A program made the position numbers and the translations under genes. Below are positions 23,985 to 36,794 of a stretch of DNA of 64,000 bases, one piece after another (the stretch's first letter is position 1; each line of letters begins with the position of its first letter). The DNA is from Stegostoma tigrinum. Its lineage: Eukaryota. The stretch spans positions 42,468,381 through 42,532,380 of the forward strand of contig NC_081379.1 in NCBI RefSeq assembly GCF_030684315.1, given 5' to 3'. Under the pieces are notes generated by a model, which was not told where the DNA came from, searched no databases, and worked only from the letters and a program-made list of their open reading frames with translations.

Positions 23985-24680
23985 GGGGGCACAAAGGCGA
24001 TGCTTTGGGGCAGAAAGGGGATGTGAGATAGCTTTGGCATGTAGGGTTAAAGAAATTCCAAAGAGATTCTACAAGCTATATTCAGGAGAAAAGAAAATAG
24101 ATGACGGCAAAGTTGGGGTCGTTGCCTACATGGAATTTAGCATGGCCTTTGACGAAGTCCCGCATGTTAGATTGGCTAGTAAGTTTAGCTCACATGAAAT
24201 TCAGGGTGCGCTAGTCAATTGGATACAAAATTGACTTCACGGTAGGAGACACTAGTTGGTGGCAGAAGTTTATTATCAGACTGGAGACATGAGTTGGTGT
24301 GCCGCAATGCTCTGCTGGGTCCAGTGTTGTTTCTCATTCATATAAATAATTTGGATGAGCATATAGGTATCATGGTTAGCAAGTTTGTGGATGACACCAA
24401 AATTGTGGTATAGTGGACAGTGAAGAGGCTTATCGAAGAATGAAAGGGGATCTTGGGCTGCTGAGCAGTGGACCTTTAAGTTAGAAGGAGATTCAATTAA
24501 ATGAATGTGAAGTGTGGGATTCGGGTAAGACAAACCAGAGCAGGACTTACACCGTTAATGGCAGGTCCCTGGGCACAGTTGTCAAACAGAGAATACTAAG
24601 GGTGCTGGTACGTATTCTTTGAAAATGACGTTACGGGTAAATATGGTAGTGAAGAAGGCTTTTGGCATACTTGCCTTCAT
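23985..24680 (+). mobile_element. CR1 LINE RT fragment
   Basis: Peptide VAYMEFSMAFDEVPHVRLASK (DFSKAFDKVPH-like), followed by a decayed FADDTK region. Confidence 0.75.
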
Positions 24681-27590
24681 CATACTCCTCACTTGTGCCT
24701 GTGGATGTCGCAAAGGCTGTGGAGAGTCAGGAGATAAGTCACTTGCTGCAATATTCTTAGCTTCTGAACAGCTCTTGTACCTATTGTGTTTACATGTTGA
24801 GGTCCACTTTAGCTTCTCATCAATGGTAATCTCAAGGATGTTGATCGTAGTGATTCAGTAATGGTAATATCATTGAATGTGAAGATGCAATGATTATATT
24901 GTCTCTAATTGGATATAGTTATTGTTTGGCATTTGTGTGATGCAAAGCTCACTTGCTGTCTGTCAGCACAAGCCTGAATGTTATCCATATCTTGTCGCAT
25001 GTGAACATGGCCTCTTTCTGTAAAGATGAGTCATTATTGATGCTGAAAATTGTGCAACTCTCAGTGAGCTATTCCAGTTCTGACCTCAAGATGGAGGGAA
25101 GGCTGTCATGATGCAGCTGGAGATGGTTGGGCCTAGGGTACTACCCTGAGGAGATCCCCTAGAGATGTATTGGATCTGAGATGACTGGCCTCCAACAACA
25201 ATCACTTCAGTAAAGTCTTATCCACCTACACATAGGTATGCAGGCACTGCCCTGAAACTTCCTGCCCAGCTAGGAATTCAGTGTAAAGCTTTTGTAACTC
25301 CTTTTCTTGTCACACATCGGTATGCAGACAGTGTCTTAAGCTTCCTGACTGAATTAAAATTAGAATCAAACTGTTTCAAATAGGGTTAGGTGGTGGAAAT
25401 TTGTAAAGGTGTGAAACCTCTAAAGCATGTAACTTCAGTCGTTGGCAAAGGGGCCAGGGCACTGACTTTGTTCTAGCCAGACACACTGGCAACTTGAAAT
25501 CAGAATCTGTCCAGGACAACACGTCGAAATCGCCTCCTGCCATTAGCAGCTAATTCACTAGCAATCGATACTATATCCTGGTCTTTTATGTTGTTGATGT
25601 AATAATTGCTTGGTATCCTGTTTTTGTCTTGTTGTAGTAATTGTTTTATGTATCATGTCATTGTAAATTGTGAAATCGTTTTATGTATCATGTCTTTTGT
25701 AAAGTATAAAAAGCGGGGACTGTCCGCTGCTCGGAGAGAATTACTTGCGAGACTCTGCACTCTGTGCCGGGTTGAGTACAGTTATTCTCCACAGCTTGTA
25801 CTTGCTTGGTAATAAAGGATTTGTGTTTTTCTAAACAGATCAGTGTCTTGTTATTGCAGCAAGTCCGTGAGGGTCTCCGAAAACGAACTTGACACCTGTA
25901 TATCAGATATGACTGCAGCCAGCGTAGAGTTTGCCCCCTCATATCCATTGACTCAAGTTTTGCTAGAGGTCCTTGATGCCACACACTGACAAATGTGGCC
26001 TTGACATCAAATGCTGTCACTCTCATCTCAGTTCAACTTTGGAATTCAGCTGTTTTGTCCACATTTAAAGTAAGGCTGCAATGAGGCCCAAAGCTGAGTG
26101 GCCATGGTGGAACCAAACTGTGCGCCACTAACCGATTATTGCTGAGCTGCTGCTGCTTGATAGCACTATTGATCACACCTTCCAACACTTTATCACTGAT
26201 CAATAGTAGACTGACGGAACAGTAATTGGCCAGGTTGGATTTATCCTTTTTTGTGTCTAGTACATATTTGGGCCATTTTCCATGAATGAGGAGATGCCAG
26301 TGTTGTAACTGTACTGGAAGAACTTAGCTAGGGGATTTGCAAGTGCTGGGGAACAGGTATTGTGTACTTTGCTGGAATGTTGCCAGTTCCCATAACTTTC
26401 GACGTATCCGATACCTCCAACCATTTCTTCATATGATGTCAAGTGAATGAACTTGGCTGAAGATTGGTGTCAGTGATGCTGTGAACCATTGGAGGGGGAA
26501 ACGATGCATCATCCATCCTGCACTTCTGGCTGAAAATTACTGAGTGCTTCAGCCTTATCTTTTGCACTGATGTGTTGACTATGGGGATATTTGTGGAACC
26601 TCCTGTTCGAGTTGTTCAACTGTCCACCACCATTCATGACTGGATACGACAGAACTGCAGAGCTTAAATCTAATCAGTTGGCTAACGTAGTTCTGTCTAT
26701 CTCTTGCGGCTTATGCTGGTTGGCAAGCAAATAGTCCTGTCTGGCAGGTTCGCCAGATTGACACCTCATTACTAGTGATGTCCCTGGCATGCCTTCTTGC
26801 ATTCTACATTAAACCAGAGTTGATTCCCTGGCGTGAGGTAATGGTTGAGTGGGGGATATACTGGATCATGAGGGTGCAAATTGCTCTCGATGCTGTTGAT
26901 GGCCCACAGCATCTGATGGACGCCCCGTCTTGAGTTGCTAGGTTTGTTCGAAGCCTGTCCCATTTAACCCAGCGATAATGCCACGCAACATGATGGAGGG
27001 TATTCTCAATGTGAAGACGGGACTGTGTGGTGGTAACTCTTACCGTCACTGTCATGCACAGATGCATCTGCAGCCAGCAGATGGGTAAGATTGAGGTCAA
27101 GTATGATTTTCCCTTTTGTCACCACCTGTTACAGACACAGTCTAGCAGTTGTGTGCTTTAGCAATCGAACAGCTCGATCAGTAGTGGGGCTACCTCGCCA
27201 TTGTTGGTCTTAGGCTTTGAAATCCTCCACCTAGAGCACATTGTGCGCCCTTGCTATCCTCAGTGATTCCTCAAAGCGTTATTCAACATAGAGGAATGCT
27301 GATTCGTCAGAGGAGAGAAGCTGGTACGAACTAATCGCAGAAGGTTTCCTGAAGCCATAACAATATTTAGAGACTGGATGCTGAGGACTCCCACGGAAAT
27401 TCCTTCATTCCTGTATACCCCTGAGTCTGTCCTGCCGGTAGTATTGTGGTGCCTCCCAAATTCAGCATGAGCCCCTGAGATATTCATGAGGAGGACTTTG
27501 CAGAGACAATGAGGCTGTTTTACCATTGCCTTTTTCGGTGCATAGGTCGATGCAGGTGGTCGGTTCAATATCATCTCTTTCCTGAGACGT
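24680..27590 (-). mobile_element. Degenerate CR1/L2-group LINE interrupted by a solo LTR
   Basis: RT peptide VTAFDVKATFVSVWHQGPLAKLESM. Homologous to 57560-59915 and to 19230-19650. Confidence 0.75.
25211..25894 (+). mobile_element. Solo LTR, 5'-truncated
   Basis: Contains TATAAAA and AATAAA and ends ...ttgaCA. Highly similar to the inverted copy at 56738-57518. Confidence 0.8.
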
Positions 27591-28321
27591 CGTAGTGCTT
27601 GATGCTGTCGAGAAGCTTGCTAGGCCATTTCAGAGGGCAATTAAGGGACAACAACGTGGCTACGTGTCTCGAGAGGCATGTAGGCGAGAATGGCAAGTTC
27701 CCTTCCCTGAAGGGCTGTAATAAGCTAGATGTGTATTTCCGACAAGTGACAATGAGTTCACAGTCATCAGTAGATTTTTAAAATACCAGACATATTTATT
27801 AATTTCAAATTCCACCATTTCCAAACCCTGGTCCCAGAACAATATCTGAGTCTCCGAATTAATAGTCTCACGATAATAGCACTAAACGATCGCATCTCTT
27901 ATGTCAGAAAGTTGCTCCAGCTGTTGTTACCTCCAGTTGGTAGAAGGATGCCAGAAAATATTCGACAGTGCATAATTGACCTATGTTTATTAATTAATGG
28001 AATATATCTGAATAGTGGATGCGAGAATCACTCACATGCAACTTATCCACTGGCCAAATAGGAGTTTGGATATCAAGATATTGTTATCATTTAAGTTCAC
28101 TGTTAGCAAAAATCTGATGGACAATTTCACTGGGCGACTTTGGGCCACGTAATTCGAACGGGTTCGTTCTAGGATGGCCGTAAGGTCTGGTGGTCGTGTC
28201 TTCCGAGTCAGGAGGCTTAGATTCAAGCTCCACCTGCTCCAGAGGAGTGTAGGAACATCTCTGAACAGCTCGATGAGAAAATATTGGAGGAGGAAATTTC
28301 ATCCTGTGTTATACATGAGCG

Positions 28322-28337
28322 TACCACCAGATGGCAA
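28322..28337 (+). promoter_or_regulatory. CTCF-like motif about 8 kb upstream of gene B
   Basis: TACCACCAGATGGCAA; paralogous to the site at 20863. Confidence 0.55.
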
Positions 28338-29946
28338 TACTGCACCACATATACTGCCCCGCAGCAACGTCAACCACCTCTCGGGAAATATTTGTAGTCG
28401 AAACGTTCGGCGATTAAATAAAGCCCATTTTAAACAAAATATTTGCAACTAAATAAATTTGTCACTAAATTCACCATAATTGTTTGCACAAGTCTTCAGA
28501 TACTTCAGCTTGAAGTGCGCGCGCCGTTTGCTTATTTGATGTAAATTCCCAAGGGGACAATTTATTGCATTGGGTGCGCTCAAAGATCTTCCGTCCGGTC
28601 CTCCACTCTCGTCCAGCCTTACGACCGCGCCCTATTCGGAACGAATGAGGTCAGCCTGCGCGTCTGCACACTCTCACCTCCCCCCTTGCTTTGCTCCTTA
28701 ACCTGCTACGACAGCAATTTCTTTCTCCGCGTGTTCCCGTTTCCTCATGCCCCTGTTTTCTCCATGTTTCGCTCTCTCTAGGTTCTTGTCAAGGAAGGCA
28801 GGCAGTCCCGTCTCACTGGCATCAACAGTCGAACACCTGTCTTTTTAAAAGTTTTGCTAAAACAATATTAGTAAGCAGTACTCTGAACATCATATAGGTC
28901 AGTGATTAGTAATTTGTTTGGGAAAAGGTCTTCCAGTGGAAAATACACTGGACGTGAGAAACTGAGACTGTTCTCCCTAAAGCAGAGCAGGTGAGAGCAG
29001 ATTTCATCGACGTGTTGTTGGAAGAGTTTCACAGAGCAACGGGGGGAAAACTGATTCCATTGCGCGAAAATTCGACAGCCCCAGATTAAAGGCAATTTGC
29101 GAAAAGAAAGTGCAGAGCAAGTGGGAGGAGTTAAATATGGAGAGACAGTTTTTATGATTGGAAAGGCATTGACTGACATATGGTGAAGGAGCGTTGAATA
29201 AAAAGCTAGGAAAGATAATAGCAAAAGGGTTGAGCACTGGTAATATGTGAGGCAATAGATAAAGAGCTGGGTGCCTAGCTGGATAATTGCTTCATAGAGC
29301 CGCCAAAGGGGAGACGAGTTATTTGGGCTCACTGGATCCTCCCGCCCTAAATGGTTAAAAGTCCCTATCAGACATTATCTTCTCAATTGTCGAACATTTC
29401 AGTGCACTATGTCATAGGGCGCAATTATACCACTATCCCTGTAAACAAAGAAATTTAATCTGACGTTTTCAAAAAGGGCACAATATCTTTGATGTTGGCA
29501 CCCATCAATTACGCAACCCTTGTTGATTCACTGTTGCCAGAAACTTAGATCTGCTGGTGTGTTTTATCAGCATAAGTCAGATAATGACACGTTTAGAATT
29601 CGATTAACCCTTGAGCAACATAGTTGCTCTTTCTACAGGTGGGGGCATTCAAAGGTTTTGAGAAGACAGGACACCGCGTGAATTAGCAGCATATTTTAAA
29701 CAGCACTCTGGAGCAATTATTCATTAAAGTTAACTCAGCATCCATTGTAAATTTTTGTCTACATCAGACTAAGTGAGGACACCTTTTTGACAGAACTCCA
29801 AGAAGAACTGTGAGAGACACAGTCAGAAAGGGAGGGAATTCTCAGTAGGGAATGGGACACAGACAACCAGTGGAAGAACTGTTGTCTCGAACCAGGCTAT
29901 GAACAATCATAAACAGGAACGCCATGAAATGATAAAAAAAGTGATT

Positions 29947-29982
29947 GGGTTAGGGTTAGGGTTAGGTTTAGGGTTAGGTTTA
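29947..29982 (+). repeat. Interstitial (TTAGGG)n-like tract
   Basis: gggttagggttagggttaggtttagggttaggttta. Confidence 0.8.
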
Positions 29983-31559
29983 CCACGTCAGAGAAACCAG
30001 TGTGCAAAATCCACCAGTTGGAGAAACCTCTGACCATTTAACTACAGAAGACATTGCAGCTGCTGACTTAATTTTTGCAAACCTTTCACCACAGAATTAA
30101 ATCTTTAAGGAAGTGACATATCTGTAGCATCACGGCTGGCCTGACGATCAGCTTTACAAGCAACCTCTTTGCTGTGTCTGTTGTTAACTGTTGCACCTGT
30201 ATTTTATTTACTAATCGAATTACCATTTAGAATTTGCGAACTAATTTTAAGTAACAGCTTGATCGTAAACTGATCATAAACTTGTTTAAGACTAATGCTT
30301 TGCTGCTGGTTATTTTCACATTGAAACATCAGAAACAATGCTACTAACGAACTGCACAAATTTGCAGTCCACAGAAAACTACAGACACGCCTGTTGTGGC
30401 CACTGTAGATGGGATCTGTGATTCTTGCACTCCTTCTTGCTGTCATCTGGACAATGTAATGCTCCTGCATCTAACTGTTCATGGATACAAGAATTGATGT
30501 GATAAAATATTATATAGTCACCTTAACAATATTGTTTAGAAACAGTCCACTTAAAATGCATCAAACACATTCACGCCCTGTAACGAGCAACTTAGCTGGA
30601 AATATTCCCCATACACTCCTCGTTGCTCTACAAACTTATTTCCGGCTGGTGCTTTATCTCTTGCCCCAAAGCCTGGGGTTTGGCTCTCGTCCTCTACCAC
30701 GAGCCAATGTCATAAATCTTTGTTTTTCTACTGACGTTAACTTTGCAACTGTACAGTGGACTCCCACCATATCACAAATCAATCATCTTTTTTCCATTGA
30801 CAAGAAAATCCAGCTCCAAGCTAAGATTACAGCTAAATTTCCTCACCTCAGGAATTAGACAATGAATCTCGTTTCCACCACTTATTGGAGTCTTTCTCCC
30901 ACCAAACGAGTGAGGAGCAGATTGGACATAACTCCTTTGTTGTGACCTAACCATAACTTTTCTAAAGCTTCTGAATAACCTTCCCGTTTTGACCTCGATA
31001 TTTCTATTTCTTAAACCCAATATTCCACCTTTTCATCTGGAGATGGGCAGCATGCGCTGGCCTTACCATCGACATCGACATCCTGTGCAATAATTAGGTA
31101 CATGTTTTTCTCCCTTTACCGTAGTACAATAAAAATGCGCAACCTCACACTGCTCTGTTTTGAATTCCACCTATCTTGTGTCTATCAATTCCGCTAGCTT
31201 ACATATGTTCAATTCCAGTCAGTTGGTATCAAGGTTGGTGTTTGACGCACCTCTAATTTTGCATTATCTGCAACATTTGAAACTTTACCATGTAATCTAA
31301 TGAACGAGTCACCTCCATGTATCAAACTGTCCCAGCACTGATATTTGGGGTCAATATTTCTCGAATCCACCAGGCTGAAAAAAAGACAACTTGCCATTTT
31401 GTGTCCTGAACACATTTTTATAATCCAACCTAACATTAGTCCACCTATAAAATGAACATCAATTTTGTAATCTGGCCGTTCATGAGATAGTTTGTTAAAG
31501 GCCATTTTTACATTTGTACAAACAACATTCACTGCATTCGCAAATGTCCCATATGACAA

Positions 31560-31975
31560 CCATTGTGTTCAATTTTGGTCTCCTAGTCTGAGGAAGGACA
31601 TTCATTTATTGAGGGAGCCCAGGGAAGGTTCACCACACAGATTCCCTGGATGGCAGGCGTGGCATTCGTGGAAAGACTGGATCGACTGGTCTTGTATTCG
31701 CTGAAATTTGGAAGAATGGGGTTGAGGAAGAATTTCCTGACTCAGAGAGTTGTGGGCCTCTGGAATTCTCTCTTACAGAAAGCTGTTTGGGCCAGTTCAA
31801 TAGATATTTTCAAGAGGGGGCTGGACGTGGCCCTTGAGGCTAAAGCGATCAAGTCGTATAGGGAGACAGCGGGAATGGGATAGTGAGATTGCATGATCAA
31901 CCCTGATTGTATTGAAAGATGATGCAAGTTCGAAGGGCCGAATGACCCACTCCTGCACTTTTTTGTGCGTTTCTG
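31560..31975 (+). mobile_element. CR1 LINE 3' fragment
   Basis: Peptides CVQFWSPSLRKD and RKNFLTQRVVGLWNSL, followed by a CR1-type 3' UTR. Confidence 0.75.
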
Positions 31976-32621
31976 TAGAAGATAGTTTATTAGAAAATGC
32001 AAATTTAAACGTCCATGCTTTTCATTTGAATGAACTCAAATCTATCAATTTACCAAATATTTCAGTTCACGATTACTATTTCTGTAGCTTTGCCCACTAC
32101 GGAAATTAAACTAGCCGAACGAGATATATCAGAATTCCATCACTCAGGTTCCTGAACGCGGGTATCACACGTGCTACTTTTCAATCTACTCGCACATCCG
32201 CTGTCCATTCATTCATGTGTGAACTGCCTGAAGGGAGAACTGTGACATATTGCATGAATATCGTGAGCCGTTTCCGTCAGGAGTGGTTTCTCATTTCCTT
32301 CTACGTGCAGGAAAAAAGACGCAGGAGCAATGTTCACTTTAACTGGAGAGAGAATCCAACCTGCGCTATTAATATTGGTATGAATGACACCCACGCCAGC
32401 TCACAGCTGTGTCTTGGGAAAGACAGATCAGTAGATAGATAGGCATGTACGTAAAGACAGAATATTCTTCTTCTACATTGCGATGTGAGCGAAATGTCAA
32501 AATGTTCCGGCACTGTTTTGCCAAACGTTGATGAATTGCCATTGGGTAATGTTGATTTATTATCGATGAGAAAATCTAAAGGCTTTGTATGATTTTAGAC
32601 CATGCTATTATAAGATTATAA

Positions 32622-33406
32622 TGAGATGTTATTGGGATAACATCCCATTGATTTCTGTATTCTCTATAAATTAATGTTCTTCATCTGCTTACACAGAGAT
32701 ATGCAGACACTGCCTTATAACTTCCTGCCTGAGTAGAATTAGGTGTAAAACTTTGTGAATCCTTATCTTCCTACAGATAGGTAGAAAGACATTGTTTTAA
32801 GCCTCCTGCCTGAATAGAATTAGGTATGAACTTTGTAAGTCTTTGTCTTCCTGCACAGGGGTATGTGGAAACTGTCTCAAATAAGATTAGGTGGACAGCG
32901 TTTGTAAAGGTGAGAGACTTCTGAGATCCTGTAAAGAATGTAACTTCTGTTTCTGCTAAAGGGGCCCGGGCACTGACTTTAGTTCAAGCCAGACACTTTG
33001 CCGGCTGGAAATTACATTCTGTCACTTCAGCAATTTGAAATCGCCTCCTGCCGTTTGCAGCCACTTCACGAACAATCCATACTGTAATCCTGCTCTCTTT
33101 CTGTTTTTGATGTAGTGATTGTTTGTGTGTCATGTCAATGTCCGATGTAGTGATTGTTTCATGTAACATGCCATTGTGAGGTGTAAAATTGCTTTATGTA
33201 ATATGTACTCGACAAGGTATAAAAAACGGAGACTGTCCGCTGCTCGGGGAGAATCGCTTACGAGGCTCTGCACTCTGTGCCGGTTTGAGTACAGTGATCC
33301 TCCACAGCTTGTACTTGCTTTGCAATAAAGGATTTGTGTTTTTCCAAACAGGTCAAGGTCTTGTTATTGCGTCAATCCGTGAGGGTCTCCCAAAACAAAC
33401 CTAACA
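32622..33406 (+). mobile_element. Solo LTR, full length (~785 bp)
   Basis: TG...CA termini, 4-bp target duplication ATAA on both sides, TATAAAA and AATAAA. Same family as the copies at 25211 and 56738. Confidence 0.8.
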
Positions 33407-33409
33407 ATA

Positions 33410-35400
33410 AGACACAGGAGTTGAAGTTAGGCCATTCAGCCTGTCGAGTCTGCTCCATCATAATTTTTGATGAGTTTCTCAACCGCATTCTCCTGTTTTC
33501 TGCCTGTAAGCCTTGATCCCCTTGAAAATAAAGAACATCTCTATCTCTGTTTTAAATAAACTCAATGGCCTGGCCTCCACAACCTTCTGTGGCGGTGAAT
33601 TCCATAGATTCACCGCTCTCTAGCTAAAGGAGTTTCTCCTTGTGCCTGACCTAAAAGATCTTCCCTTTACTGTAAGGTTATACGTTCGGGTCCTAGTCTC
33701 TCCAACCAATGGAAACATTTTCCCAACATCCACTCTGTCCAGGCCATTCAGTATTCTGCAAGTTTCAATTAGGTACTCACTCATCTTTCTAAACTCCATT
33801 GAATACAGAACTAGAATCCTCAAATGTTCCTCATATGTTATTTTTTTCATTCCTGAGACCATTCTCGTGAACCTCGTCTGAACCTACTCCTGGGCCAGTA
33901 CATCTTTGCGGAGTTATAGGGCCCAAAACTACCTACAATACTCGAAATGTGGCATGGCTGGAGCCTCAGGAGTGCATCACTGATTTTATATTCAAATCCT
34001 GTCAAAAGAAATGGCAAAGTTGCATTTCACTTGCTAACAATTGACTCAATCTGCAAGTTTACCTCGAGAGAATCCTGGACTAGAACTCATAAATCTCTTT
34101 GCACCTCAGACTTCTGAAATTTCTCCTCATTTAGAAAATAGCCCAAACCTCTATACTTCTTACACTCACACTCTCCCACGTTATATTCCATCTGCCACTT
34201 CTATACCCACTCTCCTAACTTATCCAAATCCTTGCGCAGCATCTCCGCAGCATCAAAACTACTTGTTCGTCGACCTATCTTTATATCGTCCGTAAACTTT
34301 GCCAGGATTCCCTCAGTTCCTTGATCTAGATCATTAATGTATAAAGTGAAAAGTTGTGGACCCAACTCTGACCCTTGTGGAACACCACTTGTCACCAACG
34401 GCTATCCTGAGAAAGACATCTTTTAACCCCACCCTCTGCTTTCTGCCATACAGCCAATCTTCTATCCATGATAACACCTGGCCTCTAACACCATGGGCCC
34501 TCATCTTACTCAGCAGTCTCCTGTGCAGCATGTTGTCAAAAGCCTTCTTGAAGTCCAGGTAGATAACATCTATTGGCTCTAATATGCTTGTTATTTCCTC
34601 AAAGAATTCTAAGAGATTTGTCAGAAATGACCTCCTCTTGATGAAGCCATGCTGACAGTGCCCAATTTTACCATTCACTTCCAAGTCTTCAGAAATCTCA
34701 TCCTTCACAATGGACTCTAAAATCTTCCCCAGGACCGAGGTGAGGCTAATTGGCCTGTAATTTTCAGTCTTTTTCCTTACTCCCTTTTAAAACAGAGGTG
34801 TCACATTAGCGATTTTCCAGTCCTCTGGGACCATCCCTGACTCTAACGATTCCTGAAAGATCATCAACAACGGTTCCACTATATCTTCAGCTGTATCTGC
34901 AAGCACACGGTGGTATAGTCTATCTCGTCCATAATTTATCCACCTTTAGGCCATTCCATTTTCCTAATACCTTCTCCTTGGTGATGGACACCATACTCAG
35001 CTTTAGCCCCTGGTTCTTTAGAATTATTCAGATATTAGTCATAACTTCTACTGTGATAACTGATGCAAAGTAATTACTCAGTTCCTCAACCATTTCCTTC
35101 TTCCCCACTATCGTGTCTCCAGCGCCATTTTCCAGCAGTCCAATGTTAACTTCTGCCCTTTATATATCTAAGGAAAATCTTAAAGTCCTCTGTAATATTA
35201 CTGGCGAGCTTACCCTCACATTTAATCTTCTCTCTATTTATTTCTTTTCTTGTTGCCCTCTGTTGGTCTTTGTAATCTTCCCAATCCATGGTTCTCCACT
35301 GCCCTTCGCCACATTATTTACTTTCACTCTGGTTTTAATGTGATCCCCGACACCCCTAGTCAGCTATGGTTGCCTCATCGTCCCTGTACCATTCTTCGTT
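33410..35400 (-). mobile_element. CR1 LINE ORF2 fragment
   Basis: Peptides QHGFIKRRSFLTNLLEFFEE, DVIYLDFKKAFD, VTSGVPQGSELGPQLFTLYINDLD and KFTDDIK. Confidence 0.9.
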
Positions 35401-36081
35401 TTCCTAGGAAGGAGTTTAGAGGAGGTGCTAGTCTCAGAATAGGAATCTTGCATATTTGTTTCAACAATTTAATGTGGTGCTGTATTTACTTTGCAGTTCA
35501 TCGTAGCTAATGACCACCCTACAAAAGAATTGGTACATTTGACGCATTCCTCATTTTCTGCACTGCCTTCAATTTTTAAATCTCACTACTTCCTGTACCT
35601 TAAATATATATCTCAGACTAATTCATGGAACCTCTTGCTAAAAGCTCAATTTCATTGTCTGAACTGTTCCCATAACAAGCAACTCATTAAGACTTCTCAA
35701 GACTTCAGCATTTTGGCAATTCACTTACTTGCCATGGCAGAATAATATTTATCGATTCTCTGTCCTTTATCTATTCATCTATCTATCTATCTATCTGTCC
35801 GTACCTATCATTCCGAAAGGACAGTGCTCAATCTCATCTACTTCTCGCTATCGACAAATTCAATGTAAACTCACAACTAATCATTCAGTTCAGACTCCAT
35901 GGGAACTCAAAAGCTATTAAACAAATTTACTACCCTCAGCTTCTTCCCTCTGTGCTAATTTTCACAACTCAGTTATCCAAAACTCGCTCGTTTAATCTGT
36001 TTACTTGTTTTGCGTTATTGCATTATTTATGTGCTGTATGGACTGCTCGTTGTTCTGTTTCTCTCTAAAATGGCTGACTCT

Positions 36082-36206
36082 ATGCAAATATAAATCGATG
36101 CAGTTTGCAGAATCCAATTATCGGCTTGCTGTACATGCAGATTTGCATGCGTGTTCAATATTCAGTAGTTTGCTGGGGCTGACACTTCTTAAGGAGAGAT
36201 TTAAAA
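36082..36206 (+). promoter_or_regulatory. Gene B promoter (octamer, CCAAT, octamer, TATA-like)
   Basis: ATGCAAAT 36082-36089, CCAAT 36114-36118, ATTTGCAT 36141-36148 (the canonical VL orientation), TTTAAAA 36200-36206. Confidence 0.8.
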
Positions 36207-36268
36207 GAGTCCAGAAACGCATTGTGTCAGGAATTATTTTCCTCCTGATTTTTACAAGAACCTTCACC

Positions 36269-36317
36269 ATGACTGATTGGGTTCGAGCACTCGCGGTTCT
36301 GCTGTTCTGTCTCCACA
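36269..36317 (+). CDS. Ig lambda (type II) light chain gene B, leader exon
   Basis: caccATG start; encodes MTDWVRALAVLLFCLH plus 1 nt; donor gtaagt at 36318; 135-nt intron. Confidence 0.92.
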
Positions 36318-36452
36318 GTAAGTACGGGTATTCATTCGCAGAACCGCTTATGTTTACATTATTCTCTTTGCGTCTTTGTTAAGCGGGGGGAACTGCAAAC
36401 AATATTCAAAGCTGCAAAATGTAACTTGTCGGTATGTTCACTATTTAACCAG

Positions 36453-36794
36453 GTGCCAATGGGGATGCTGTTCTGACTCAGCCAGGTTCCATCTCAACGT
36501 CCCCGGGGAAAACTGTGAAGATTACCTGTACCATGTCCGGAGGAAGCATCGGCAGCTACAGCACGAGCTGGTACTGGCAGAAACCCAGGAGTGCCCCGGT
36601 GTTGATTTGGGACGAGTACGATGAAACTGCTTCGGGAATTCCAGATCGATTTACAGGGTCTGTGGACTCATCGAATAACAAGATGCATTTAACCATCACC
36701 AACGTACAGCCGGAGGATGCCGCCGATTACTACTGCGCTGTAGCAAGTAGCGGAATAGCTACATTCGGGAAAGGAACCAAACTGAACCTGGGCG
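36453..36794 (+). CDS. Ig lambda (type II) light chain gene B, germline-joined V-J exon
   Basis: (S)ANGDAVLTQPGSISTSPGKTVKITCTMSGGSIGSYSTSWYWQKP..SVDSSNNKMHLTITNVQPEDAADYYCAVASSGIATFGKGTKLNLG carries the signature motifs of shark lambda/type II chains. Acceptor ccag; donor gtaagt at 36795. Confidence 0.95.
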
